Origin: Chrysomallon squamiferum
Lineage: Eukaryota; Animalia; Mollusca
Reading direction: 5' to 3'
Assembly (NCBI GenBank): GCA_012295275.1
Contig: CM022670.1
Span: 18,910,001-18,974,000 of the forward strand
DNA length: 64,000 nt
Under the pieces are notes generated by a model, which was given only the letters and a program-made list of their open reading frames with translations, was not told where the DNA came from and searched no databases. Position numbers and translations under genes: made by a program. Positions 1 through 14,500 of the stretch are shown here, one piece after another. The first letter of the stretch is position 1, and each line of letters opens with the position of its first letter.

Positions 1-2216
1 TGAAAATGGCCTTTTTTCAAAAACATTGTGCCATATTAACCATGCCTGTATATTTTATAAATTTTTGGTAATAACACAAAATAAGATTTTATAATGTAAA
101 AATTGGATTCATTTCAATGTCCAAGCATTTTTTTTACAATTCAAAAAAAAAAAAAAAAATTTTAAGTTTTATTTGATTTTATGATGTACATTTGTATTTT
201 ATTTATTTTCAAATACATGTGAATATTGATGTTTATTTATTTTAATATCCTGAATACCTTTTTATTTTCTCATTTCAAATATTTTGTCTTATTTTCTGTA
301 GTCTGTAGTTTCCCAAGTTTAAAAATGTCTGAAGATTTCTTTACCATTTTAACTTCAGCACACCAATTTCAAATAATTTTTAAGAGTCACTAGGTTGACT
401 CTGATATTCACCCACAAGCACGTACAACATCAACTGAAATGCAAATGCTGAAGTCTATACATCACATGCATATATTACTACACATTACTGATATTAATCA
501 GGGCTGTTTTGTGCATAAACTTGAAATATTTTACTATACTGTTGTTGGTCTTGTTTTATGCTATAATTTTTTTTAAAACAGCAGTTGACTTGTACAATTT
601 TTTTTTTTAATAATCTGAGTAGCTGATTAAAATCTGTTGAAAAGATTTCTTCAAGTTTCATTTTGTTGTTGAGAATAAAATATTTCTAAGATGTGTGTTC
701 CTATTTTATTTTATTTTTTTTATTTCCCTTTGGAAAAAATTCAACACAGAAAATGACATTTTCCACTTTTTATTAATTACCTGTACACATCAAAACAACA
801 AAAGCTTGTGTTGAATAATTTAAATACCAAAATGTGTGACTAACTGTCATCCTCAAAAGGATCTATATAAATTGTTGCCCTGAAATAAAATGGAAAGGGA
901 AAAAAATGTGTATCACCTGACAACCAATTCAAACACCAGAAAAGCATTTTACTATGATTTTTTTTTTTTTTAATTTTTTTTTTCATTGCTTTCTGTGATT
1001 ATTATACACCAAGTAAACAGTAATAACTACATACAAAAATATTAATCACAAAATAGTAGAAATTAAATAAGCTAATTGTAAGGAAGCCTGAACAAAAATA
1101 TATAAGCATTATTAAGCATTATTAAGCATAAAAGGGTAATTACATTCACATATATTGAGAAGAAAATGCCAATTATTAAAATAAATAAAAGTGCTTGAAA
1201 TCAGTTATACCACTGAAAATAAACCATTCTTCCTTTAATATAATTTTCAGTTTAAAATAAAATACAGAGGTTCAAATTTATTTTACATTTTCCAGTAACT
1301 TTCAAAATCCTTTATCCAGAATATCAAAATCAAAAATATTTTCTTTTTCCCTTCTTTAATGTTACAATTACTTGATGCTGTATTACTGAAATCCACACAC
1401 ATACAGCATTAACACTAAGCCTGGTATTTCAGAATCATTCCAAAGTAAACTGGGCTTAAGGGTTATGAATAAAGGATTAACATATATTATTTAAATTTAA
1501 TTAACAAATATAATAAATAACATACAGAGTTTATCTTTATAAAATTATCATTAATGATCATGTCATAAATGTAATCATTATCTTCTGGGAATGAAAGCAA
1601 TATAAATATCTATATTATAATTTGCAACATTAGTATTAATTTCACAGTTTTAAAAATAAAATAAAATAAATTTAGAATTATTTTCAAAATCCAGTCATGC
1701 TAATAGTACATTTCTAAAATCTTGCATTATGAAAAAGCAATCGCATATCAAATATGTAGCCATGGATTAACATTACTAATCAAAACATATATACTATCAC
1801 AAAACAAAGTGCACCACAAAAACAATGTCCAGCATAATCCCCAAATAAAAAGAAAAGGTACAAACAAAATATTAATCAGAACAATTTTCATTTACTGATA
1901 ATTTTCAAGTTTTTAGCTCATGAACAAGACTGATTGCAAAGACTTATTCATTCAAAATACTGTAAAAAAAAAAAGGTCTATCTGTAACCAAATCTTATAA
2001 TTCTTTTACTTTATTTATCATCTCCTGCATATCAAATATGTAGTTATTATGATTAATGTTAAACAAAAGAAGAAAAATCATACATTTAAAGATGAAGTTA
2101 ACTGCATACATATAGTAGTATAGGTGAAATAAGTAAACTATAATAATCCAAAGTGTTTCTGCAAATAAAGAATTTGCTGTTGAGAACAGTTATAAATCTG
2201 ATTACTGCCCATCACT

Positions 2217-5200
2217 TCACTGGACATAGGGTGGTGGAGGATTGGGATCCATCTGCATCTTGATGGCATCCTCATACTTGGGAGGCAACAACATCTGCAA
2301 AATAAAAAGCTTTAGTATTATGTTTACAAATAAAAATTAAACATTTCTTTATTGCAGTGGCACTTCTGGAAGTTTCATCTGAAGAATTAATGTGCATTTA
2401 CAATTTAGGATGAAAACTAGAAACAATTAAAAGTGGAATCTCTATCAGAACATGAATGCTGAAAAGGAACACTGCAGCTGGTTTGCAAAAAGTTAAAAAA
2501 AAAGAATAGAAAATTCATCAATTATTTTAATGACAACCACTGACTACCAAAAAGGTTATTGGAATGCAACTCGGAGTATACATAAAACTTAGATTGTTTC
2601 TATACGTTATTAAAAGTACTTCCAATCTGCCACCAAAGATACAAGAAAAACCTTCAAGGGCATCAAAATTACTAACCTCTGCATCTGCACCTGCATTGTA
2701 CTGTCTTACTACACCACGGCAGGCATTTCTCATCTGGAGATATTTGTAGCAGGCCCACACAACACCAATGAAGTATGCCTGAAAGATAAATGCAGGAGAG
2801 TTATTAATACTACACACTGTAACCAAACAATAATTTATATTAACAATGGACAAAACATAATGCTATCAGTATCAATAAATAACAGCTGATGAAACATTCT
2901 TTTCCATTAGTTAAAATTACTTTTTTTCAAACAAACCATTACAAACGTTTTCTAAATACTAAAGGTACAGTTTTACAAAAATGATGATAAATTACATATT
3001 CTTATGTTTCTGCTTTAACCATTTATTTTACCAGTTAATGCCAAAGAAATTGTTGATGTAACTTTTGAGAATATACATTACATTTTGTTCAATTTACCTT
3101 GATGCACAAAATAAGGATAAGAATGGTGACAAAAACAAGCATCAGCCAATCGCTGTCCATCTTCATTACATGATCCATTCCTGGCATCTCAGACTAAAAT
3201 ATTGTATTAAAAAAAACCACATTTTAATTTCATAATCAGATGACACTAAACACAGTTTCTATAACAAATTTTTAAATTTACATCTATAATATGACTTTTT
3301 AAACATGTTTGTGTTTTTGTTGTTTTTTATGTTTTTAGGTTTTGTTAAATAAGAACAAAATGAAAAATGTCAATATGTAATTAATTATAGGGTTATCAGC
3401 ATAAGCATCAAATATAAGGAAATAATTACAAACCATTCCTTGCTGATGGATCCACAACTTAATGTTTGGAACATAGGTGAAGTAACCAACGATGGTTAAA
3501 CAGCTGAGAAAGAAGTCAAACACTTGGAGGCAGAAAAATGGCATCAGATATCCAGGTCGGCTCTTACAGAAAGAATAAATATTAACATTGTAAAAATAGC
3601 AATGTATGAATATTCTGTTCAGTATGTAATGCATGTATTTGTTTAAGGGCATGCACATCTATGTGTAACAAAAATATATTAAATATAAATAATAAATTAC
3701 AAACAAAAGACATTAATTATTTATGAAAAGAAGTTTACAGCAATAATTATATGTATTTATCTAACTTTAACATAATTTTAGTCTGAAGAAAATGCATACA
3801 TTTTTATATTAGCCGTTTTTTAAATTAAAAATGTCACTTAAAAGAAAATAAATTCAAAAATTTAATTTATGAATACTGATCATATTTTTATAAAAGAAAT
3901 GCACTACTAAAACACACACACACACACACATGAACATTCAGAAAAAGTATCCACAAAATGTGCAAAAATACACAAAAGGTAACAAGAAATAATAAGTTAA
4001 GAATAATTCACTTACTCTGATAACGCCATAAATTAGAGCCACAGTGATAACAAGTGAAGCCAGTGTGATGACATAGGCAAAGCACATGTTATCTATTAAC
4101 AGAAGATGGGGAAATTATGTATAATTATCCAAAATCATCATAGATCATAAATAGTCTACAACTTTTTATATTAATTAAAAAAACAACAACCCTAAAACAT
4201 TATATAACTTAAATTTGCATTCTGATTCTTTATTTTTGGGTTTTTTTTAGTATAAATTCACTAAAAAACAAAACACAAGTTGTACTAATTCCTGTACCTT
4301 TCGAAAATGGTTTCTTCATGAAGGAAGAATATGAGTGAAAGCCTGAATGTGTTCCTGTTTCTGTAACCACGATCCCATCATTGTCAATGGTAACATCTGC
4401 TTGGGGTCTCAAAATATCTGGATGAAATGATACCAGTATCAGTGCTCCAACAAGGAGAATCTGCATCAGCTAATAAAATAGTAATAAAATGTAAAAAAAG
4501 ATATTATAATAATACATATATTTCTTTAAGTACCACATATATTTTATGATAAATTAAATTTTGTATCAAAAGCACACTTCTAGAAGTTCTAATTTATAAT
4601 ATATTTTTTAATATATGATTATATTACATGACAATATATATATTTTTTATACTGCTTTTGGTTTGAACAGTTCTCTACTGCAGTCTTAACCATCACGTAA
4701 CCAAATTCATCTAAGCACCAAATTCTAACTTTTCAAACTTTCACTATAACTTTGTTTTGGAGAAGATAAGAGTTATTTTCATATATATTCTGTTCAGATT
4801 ATGATAATAGCAAACTGAGATCAATGCAATGCTCAGGATGGAAGGAATATTTCTTTAGTTATATCTTCGTTTATTACTTAGTCAAAGATATATAAATTTA
4901 ATTACATAAATAAGATTATTATATTTGATGACATTTCAATTGGTCAAGGTTAAAACAAATAGGCACTTTTCTTTAACAATATAGAACAGGGTGATGTAAG
5001 TGATGACATTCCCACTACATTATTTCTTAACCATATGCACAAATTTTGAAAACATAATAAAATATTCTTGTATAATGTAACTTTAAAATTTATATTATCT
5101 ATTAAAGCCAAATGACAATTATGGACAAACCAATAATGTAAAACTGTTGTGTGTTGAATTTAAAAAAAAAAAAAAAAAAAAGAAGAATTAGACGATACTA

Positions 5201-5881
5201 GACCATAGTGGTTTTGAATAATGTGATGTTACATATGTCCTTGACAGGGTTTTTTTATTATCAAGATATGAAGGTACAAAATATATACATATATATTAGA
5301 TGATAATCACAATGCTGTGTATACTTAATGAAATTAACACACTTATGACTTTAAAAAGGCGATCATGATCATTGATCATTAATAATATTAATATTAATAA
5401 TTATTAATTTTGCTCAACCCGATGCTGACAGATATATGGCGATGACACATAAACAGTTTTGGAGTTCTATGAAGCTGAGTATATCCATACTCCTGTTAAT
5501 ACGCTTTAACTCAGTATCTCAGTAAAACTAATCATCTAATGCGGAAATGCCGAATAATGCTAATGCGACAAATACTGCTTACTGAATTACTTCCCTTTCA
5601 AATAAACTTTTAATAATAAACAAAACATACAGCAATAGTTAATCTGTTGGTGTTTATTATTTAGTGGAAAACATTCTTAATTTTTATATCAAATGTAAAA
5701 ATATTTTCAGTGTTTTCGTGTGTTTTCGACTTAAGACTAGTAATACTAATAGTAGTATAATTATTGTTTCGAGTTTCCTTACCAACTGCCATATTCCAAG
5801 CAAAATGGTTCCAGTTTTAACATGACAACAAAAACAACATCGATACGAATTTTGATCGTGTTGATCGAATTTAAGCTTCAT
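2217..5881 (-). CDS. LAPTM4: Lysosomal-associated transmembrane protein 4 (LAPTM4A/B-like), 7 coding exons, ~250 aa
   Basis: Exons 5881-5783, 4469-4298, 4092-4016, 3562-3434, 3193-3098, 2778-2677, 2294-2217, all GT-AG and phase-consistent. N-terminal RCCFCCHVKTGTILLGIW, YLMPFFCLQVFDF, KAYFIGVVWACYKY and C-terminal PY motifs (LPPKYEDA, PPPPY) are LAPTM4-family hallmarks. Confidence 0.93.
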
Positions 5882-5977
5882 CGCCAAATCGTTTATCTCT
5901 TCAGTTTTTCCTTAAAGGAAATATGACAAAAGAATCTGAAACTGAGAGACGTATTTTCAACAAAATATATATCTAGT

Positions 5978-5995
5978 AATGGCGTCACTTCCTGT
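5978..5995 (-). promoter_or_regulatory. LAPTM4 proximal promoter: overlapping ETS / half-CRE / YY1-like motif (CAGGAAGTGACGCCATT)
   Basis: Minus strand reads ACAGGAAGTGACGCCATT about 100 nt upstream of the ATG, within a locally CpG-retaining stretch (~5400-6700). Confidence 0.55.
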
Positions 5996-6313
5996 TTCGA
6001 ATGTATTCATGGGCAGTACAGAATAAATAGAGATGTAAACACGCTTTACATTGATTTTGCTTGGGTTGTTTTTGTTTACTGTTGTTTGTTTGTTGTTGTT
6101 TTGTTTTGTTTTGGTTTGTTTTTCTTTTTTCCTTTTTTTGAGTGAGAGATAGTTTAGTTTATCCATTTACCATTTTAAAAATAAAATTAAAAAGATATTT
6201 TCCTGTTAAAAAAATTCGGTTTAAGTTACGATTTTCTTCTGTGGATCTAGATCGATAAATGTTGTTGGTGCAGATAATTTTTAGTTCTAAATGGGTTTCA
6301 TTCTAAAGAGACC

Positions 6314-6325
6314 GAAAGTGAAAGC
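6314..6325 (+). promoter_or_regulatory. IRF-E/ISRE-like (also PRDM1-like) site GAAAGTGAAAGC
   Basis: Matches the IRF-E consensus, ~430 nt upstream of the LAPTM4 ATG. Single motif, function inferred. Confidence 0.3.
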
Positions 6326-7114
6326 AACAAAAACAATTCAAAAGAACATCTCCAGTCGTCAAAAAGATCATATAATTTAAATATATATATATTATTATAT
6401 ATATCTCACATTAAACTATAGTGCGTTTGTTTGAATGTGCGTGTGTGCTTTTATGTTTCAGTTATTGAAGGAATCCTTAAGTAGTCGTAAGAAATTCAGA
6501 AGTGCGCGAGCGATATGTCATCCTCAAAGTATCAATAAGGCTTTGACAGGATCCACCCAGTAACTAAGTAGTATAATGCATAATTGACAGCCGTGTATTA
6601 CATAGTCTTTTTTTAAAAATATCGTCTCACAACAGAAGTGTTAAAACTAAGAGAAAAAAAAAGGAATGGAAGCTAATCGAAACTGATATAATAAACAAGT
6701 TTGTCGTAATTCCCACAAAATTTAATTCACAATAAAATATTCCTGAATTTCCAGATATTTATTTATTCATTAATTAGGTAGTATATTTGGTATTATTTTT
6801 TATTTCATTTATTTATTTGACATTTTTTTTTTTTTTTTTTTTTTTTATTTATATTAATGCCTCTATATTTATTTAATAGGGTTTATTGATATATTACTCT
6901 TTTCATTTATTGTTGTTAATAGTATTTATTTACAAGTATTGTTTGACAACATTTATTTACTATTATGTATTAATTTTCTCCATATAATTAAGTGTATTTA
7001 ATAAACAATAAAATCTTAAATGGCTAGACTAAAAGAAACTGAAGGGTTGCAATTACAATTTATAATGCCATATTTTAGTTACTTATTTAATTAATAAATT
7101 AATTCTTATTAATT

Positions 7115-7164
<50 letters not shown>

Positions 7165-8595
7165 AAACAAATGTTTATCACATATATTCTTATTTAAAAA
7201 CTTGAAAAATAAAATAAATTTTTATTAATTTGATGTACCGATAAAAACGTAATTATAAACAGATTATAAATGATAATAACAACAACAATAATAAAATAAC
7301 AAAAGATCAAAAATTCAAGATGAAGGTTTATTTTCAAACAACACAACAATATATATTGTAAATAGAAAAAGATAGAAGATAACTGTAAAAGAACTGTTTA
7401 AATACATATACCTGTTTATAATGATTTCTGAAAGATATTTCTACTTTACCAAAATCATATGAAATGTAAGTAATATTGAAACCTCTTATTCATTAAATAT
7501 TCTAAAATGTTCCCACATACAGTTAAGCGATTTCTTGAGAAGATTGCCTGCCTTCATCCTAATAATTATGTCACTGATCAAATATGACAATAAAAAAAAA
7601 TAGCTGACTATGTTATGAGGTTGATAAATGTCTTGACATTCATTCGGTTTCAAATCCTATACTCCAAAAACAAAAAGGTTATTGTAATATTTGTATATAA
7701 AGAAAAATAATTTCCAAAGCAGATAATTGGTTAATGGATCAGTTTAAAAATGTATGAAATGTATATATTAGTAGAAAATTTAAAGCAATTAATGATAATA
7801 CATATGAATGAGAAAAACAATTTCCAAAGCAGATAAACTAATTAATGGATTGCTTTAAATATAAATAACAAATGAATGACTACAAAATTATATTGATTTT
7901 AAGCAGCTCTGAATATTACTGAAGTACTGTGATAAAAAATAATTTTTAAGTTTAAAATGAAATCAGTTATGAAATGTAAAATATGCACAGGTTTGAATAT
8001 TTTTATAAAAATAACTGTAATTATTTCTTAAATTCACTTTGAGTTCTAAAATGTTTTGAAACATCATATAAATCAATTAAAATGGTCAGCTAAGCAAACA
8101 AATCAAATTTTTCGTACCATAAATTCTTTTTGAAAAAATTGTTTATTCATTTTTTATTCTATTTTTTTATCGAAAATGCAAGAATAAGAAAACAAAATGA
8201 TTAAAAAAATATTTAAGCATAAATGTAAAGTTGTGTCAGTACTCTAATGACTGTAGATGTGAAAATCACTGGTTTTTCCATCCTTATAAATTTGTTTCAT
8301 ATAGTCTATGATGTATATATATAAATAACATGGTCTGAGAACTTAGCTACCTATAAATTTTTATAAATTTAAAATTTTTATTTTTATTCCTGTATTTCTT
8401 TAGGTGAATATACAAATAAAATGTTAAATATATCTTTATATTTAACATATCGTTCTTTCTGTTTACAACTACATGTACATCAATTATGAAGTGAATTCCT
8501 ATTATTTCTTTAAGAATCTGAAAATAATCGTTTTTATATATATATAATAAGAAAAATAACTGAGTTCAAAATAACACAAATATTTTCTTTTACAT

Positions 8596-11500
8596 CTAGA
8601 TTTCTGAACTTTTGTTATTGCAGTTTTCAGAAAACTGACTGGAACAAATGACTTCATACAAGTTATCAGGGTGTTGAATGCCACTTAGTTGTAGATGTGC
8701 ATAGGGCCCATTTTCATCATCAACAGAGTTTGGCATTGATAATCTTTCTTGGTTATTCGCAGAATTATCTTCAAATCCATATGCAATGTTGAAAACCTGG
8801 TGAGTTCTAGCTTCTGAAATTCGCTGGTCATGGTCCAAATGCTCATAATCTGAATCTAACTTCTTGGATCGCCTTTTAACTACAGAGAATAATACCAGAA
8901 TATCAACAGAATAACAGTTCTGTATATAGTTGTAATATTTTTGGTTATTGAAATAAATATCCATTTAGACTATCTCCCAGTCCAACTAGTTCCTGTCAGC
9001 TGTTTTATGTAAAGTCTGTGGTATGTGAGTTTTTTTAATATAAAAGATGCATTGCTGCTAAAACAACTTACATTTTGGTGACATCAAGTTACCATGCATC
9101 ATTATTATTAAATAAATCAGTTCTAATAAATAAACAGATGACATTTTTATACAGATATTGATCTTAAACAATCTTAAAATATGACTTCTTTTTTAAAAAC
9201 ACAGCAAACTACATGTTTCTAAAAAAAAATATATAAAAAAAAATAAAAATCAACCAAAGTTCTCAACATATATTTTTAAAAAATGAAAAAACTCATACCT
9301 ATGACTACCACCACAATGATGATAACTATTACAACTACTGTGCCTACTGCTGCCCCTATGTAGACAGGCAGAGTTGATGTTTTGTCATTACTTCCATCAT
9401 CTACAGAAATGATAAATAACAAATATAAAAATTTAATTTGTTAAAATTGAGACAAATCTTTTACTTAAATGATTTATAAGTCTGAACAATGTAAAACAGG
9501 TGCAATGATTTGATTAATTTAAAAATTTTCTATTTTTTATTTATTTGTTTGTCTGTTTATCTTGTTTTTAGAACAGATATTAAATTTAAAAATATGAATA
9601 TAAAATATATAAATTTGTTTGTTTGGTACAAGAAGATAATTAAAGGAAAACGACTAAAGAAACATGTTACATACCAACAAGGATGACATCAGAGCACTGT
9701 AATTCAATGGGTTGTGATTGACTGTCAAATGCAACAACTGTAAGATGGTAGTTACCAGCACTTGGTGCTTTCCATGACACACCAGTCTCTGTTGTCTTAG
9801 TTAACTTTAAAAAAAAAGAAGAAACAACCCTCATGATAATTAACAATGCAGTTTCTGTGAATACTTTTTATTTATTTATTTTTTTAATTCTCAACTAGTT
9901 GTGCAAGTATATTAAGTATTCAAAAAATAAAATCAGTTCAATTTGATAAAGTATTTGTTTGAAACAAAAGAAAAAATATATTCAGAATGTTTAATGATGA
10001 AATGGCTTAACTGAAAGAAATAGAAATTTGAAAGGTATGAATGAATTTTAAAAAAATGAATGTTTAATGTCAATCCAGTATGAAAAATATATTGGCTAAT
10101 GGAAAAACAATGTGATGATCAACATCAATATAAAAATTCAGTATGGATGGAATTGAGAGGATACTGACTATCAAACTGAGGTGGAGGATCCTTCTTCAAA
10201 ATAAATAAATGAGTCAGTCAGTAAAATAATAAATTTGGACACACTAGTATCCTTTATTTCTTCCAAGGCATTAATGGCTGCCCAAACTTCAGTGCTAAAG
10301 ACTGATGCTGCATCAGGCAACACCACAGAAAGTATTGCAACTGATGGAAAAAATGTAGTAAGCCACATAATTCCCATCCTGGTTGTGTAAAGGTTCTAGC
10401 ATCTGCAAGTATGACATGTGCCAACCCAATAAGCTTTTGGTCTGCTCTCCAAACCATATTACCAATAACTTTTAAAATACTGAGAGCTTTCAACCCTTTC
10501 TTTTTAATATATTTAAAATATGGCATAAACATAGCTTCCTGTCAAATATAACCCCCTGAAAATTAGTCTCCACAAATGTTTTGGAATGTTTATCCAAAAA
10601 CAGCTGTGAATATAAATAGAGACATCTTTTCTGGCAGATATGCATATAAACTATTTTTGCCTTTGAGAATCGAATGCCACTCTCAGATGCCCATTGATGA
10701 AGTTATTCAAACAAAGCCGCAACTTGCATTCAATGATACTCATATGGGATGATCAAAAAAAAATCTGAAATCTGAAAAAAGAGGTATTAAAATTTGGGTG
10801 ATGCTGTTAATTTTCACAGAAAACAAAAATACAGACAAGATCCTACCCTGAGGCACACTCGTCTCATGTGGGTGTATGTCGCACAAAATCCACCCCACCA
10901 GATTTTAAATGATCTATCTTTTAAAACTTGAGAAACAGTTATAGTAAGTTGACCTCTTAAGTCCAGGCCATGGATCTTGTTTAAAAAGCCCACATGGTAT
11001 CGTATTCTCCAAATCAACAAACACTGAAACCAAGTGCTGATTATGGATGAAAGCTTCTCTACAAAACATTTCAAATTTAACAAGATTACCAATCATGTTG
11101 CATCTAGATCTGAACCCACATTGTAAGTAAGCAATTTGTGAAATTCAAGATACCAGACAAGTATATGATTGATCATTTGTTCCATGGTTTTATATCTGCA
11201 ACTTATGTACTTTGAACATTAATCTGCAGTCTAAAACTAAGCAATATGGTAATACTATTAGGATTGGTTGGATCCTTACCAGTCTTAGGAATAAGAATAA
11301 TAAAAAATGCAAGAGGATTATGTTTGTGAATTAAAAGTTTTAATTCTTTAAAACTGGGCCTAAGCCCATGCAGTTCCACTGAATGACTGAATTAGTCTTT
11401 AGGAGGAAGTATGGGAGTTAGCATTACATTTTCCTTTGAACAACACTGAATGGAACAGGTTTCATCTCAATGTTTTTCAACCACACCTAAGATCAGTCTT

Positions 11501-14500
11501 TTTGTAATGATACTTAGTCTTTTCCTAGCCGAGAAAGACTTTGTGGTCCTAACACCATAGCAGCCAACTTCCTGAAGGATTCTGTGAATCCAAAGACATT
11601 TCTGTCGTTGTGGTAGACATTTTGTGTTTTGTGACAGGTTCTTGTTGTTTAATCTGCTTATTTTGTTTTGTAACTTTTTCTAAACTAAAAGCTTTTTGTA
11701 TCTGGCTTCATCATTTTGCCACATTAGGTCAGTATTGTTAGCAACTCTTTGGTGGAGACCTTGACTGCCACAGTATAGGTGCAGCTACCATACCAAAAAA
11801 TATGTCTCCACCAGTTTCTTAGCTGTAGGAAATGACAAGTGTTTTTTTTCCAATTTACATCTTGTATACTCTTGTGAATCTTCAAAATGATTTCCATTAC
11901 AGTTTGCAAATCTTCCATCCTAATGACTTCTTTACAAGAATAGTTGGTACATTATACAAAATTTTTGACTGAAGAAGGCACAGAGAATGAGTCCAAGCTG
12001 AACATTCTACCAACAGTGTATCATTTTTCAATTTTTTAACATTCTTTGGCTCACAAGACAAGCTGACAAGCCTCTTCTGAACAACAAATGGTGATAGTTT
12101 GCTCAAGGCTCCATTGTTAGATAATCTAATGATCTGAAACCTTGGTCAGGATTTGGAAGTTATAACATTTAATTTTAAAAATTTTTTAATTCCTCTAGTT
12201 CCAGATTCCTCATCAGGTTGTTTGCCCAAAGGGAATTGTGCTGTACTGGCCATTCTCAAAGAAAATGTTATACCCCTGCACCATGGTCAGGTTACAACAC
12301 GCACAGAGGAGACTACCAAAGTACTAATGTAAATACATTATCAGTTATACATAGATACAGATATAGACTGAGGCAGAGACAGACAGACACATATACACTA
12401 ACATGCATACACAGTTGTCATTTCAGAATAAAAGAAATTGTGACCTTAATATCAGGTGATGGTGATGTTATTTCATTCAATGAATAACAATGGGGCCCAA
12501 AACCATATTTGTAATATTTAACTCCTTGAAGACGTTCAAAAGCTGGACCCCATGAGTATGTGTTTTCTTGGCCTGTTTCCACTTTATTTTCTGGTGTCTC
12601 AATAGAAGGAATCATCTGCAAGTGTAATAGTAAAATGCCATTCATTTTTATATCTGATACAGATTTATGGTATTTGTATACTTCATAATAAAAAGCTTTC
12701 TGCCATAAAATGAGACAAAAACACTCAAATGCTAATTAGTATTATTTATTTAATTTTGTTGGTTTTTTAATCAGATTTTTGTGCACTTTTTTCAGGTTTG
12801 AAAATGACTGTAATTACAGAATCTGATTTGTAAAAGTGGTTTTCTCTAGTGTAACTCTCTCTGACTACACACACCATACATACTATTTTTTCCTTTATTT
12901 TTTTTTTTTTAAAAGATATTGGACACCTTTTTCTTTTATTATGTAAAGATGTTATTCCACAAGGACACACACAAGAAGATACTACTTACTTTTTTCTGTA
13001 CAGTTATTGGATTCTGTGCTTTGTTCCACACAGTCATTACAAGCAAATAGGTGGATTTAAGTTCCCTAATACCCAGTAATTTCAGAGTGTAGTCTTTTGA
13101 ATAACAAATATGTTGTGGTGTACAGTAGCAACTTTCAGCCTCTGAGGGAGAGTTCAGTTGACTACAAGATGTCACACCCTAAAAATCAAAATATGGAGTT
13201 TTATAGTGATGTTATGATAAAAAAACAACTGAGTGTCAGATTCAAAAATTAGAGTGAACTTTAGGGACACAAATAGCATAAAATCATTTATTATCCTTCC
13301 ATTTTATTTCATACCAATCTTTGTTAATAATAAAACAAGTCACTTTATGCAAAGAAATGATAAAAACAGTATACCAATGACAAGAAATTCATCTTAATTT
13401 GTGACTTCTACAAGTAACAGTAAAATGGCCATTCACAATGCTTTGGACACCTTATTGCCTGCGTAACTGTAAAGAATAAAATGAGCATATTTATACTTTT
13501 ATAAAGAAAGAAAAAATAATATCCTATTCAAAGAATAAATCCCCAGCTGCAAATTAAAACTCATAGATGGGTTTTTCTTTTTGGATTAGATGTGTACCTT
13601 CCCATAAACAGCAAGCCATGTACAACGACTAATGGGGCAATGGCTGAGGTATGAACTTACCAAAGGTGAAATATGCTTTGTATGGGAAGCAAATGAGACT
13701 CCAGTGGCTTTGTCTTTAATTTTCCAGTTGATTCGATCAATACCACTTTCTTTATCAGATACATTAACCTGCAGTCTAAAACAAAAACATATATATATAT
13801 ATATACACACACAAGATTTTTTAATTTGTAAATATTAGTAGTAATAACTCACATATCCTACTGCTTAAAGATACAGACTTTTAATTTAATTTAATTCTTA
13901 TTTATTTACTTTTATTATATATATAATGTATGCATTGTTGGTACATTCTTACATTTTTCCTTCCTTGATATCTTCTTTGAATATTATTCCGTCAGTGACA
14001 GGAGGTGATGAATCTATGTGAACTTGTACATTTTCTGTTTTTACATTATGTTTTATATCAAATGCTTTAACCCATAAAATAATCAGATGACCATCTCCAA
14101 GTTGAGGAGTAAACTCAATAACTGTTTTTAATCCTTGGTCTTCAAACAAATCATTTTTTGGTTCTCTTTTCATCTCTTCACCATTAGGGTTGATTATATA
14201 AGCAGTTTTAAATTTAATAATGCCTAGAAAAATATATGCATGATTGTGTTAAAAGAGAGCAATATCATATAATCTATTTTATATTTTTAGATAATTTCTA
14301 TAATTATTTTTTTATTAATTGATTAGACTTTCACACAGATGAAAGCACTGTAGTCCACTTATGATAGAACTGATGTTATTCAAATGTACAGTATTTATTA
14401 TTATTAGGTAATTAATAAAGGTAAATTTACTGTTCTAAATTGCTAGAGTTTAATAACAGTGGCTTAAAATTTAATTAAAACATTATACAGTATGTCATAA

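Noticed and set aside
1-700. T-rich plus-strand stretch with AATAAA at ~674, possibly the 3' UTR of an upstream gene
   Set aside because: No coding exon in the window to anchor it.
2202-2219. Possible stop-codon readthrough in LAPTM4 (TGA AGT GAT GGG CAG TAA)
   Set aside because: No TGA-CTAG context and only a 5-residue extension with no targeting motif.
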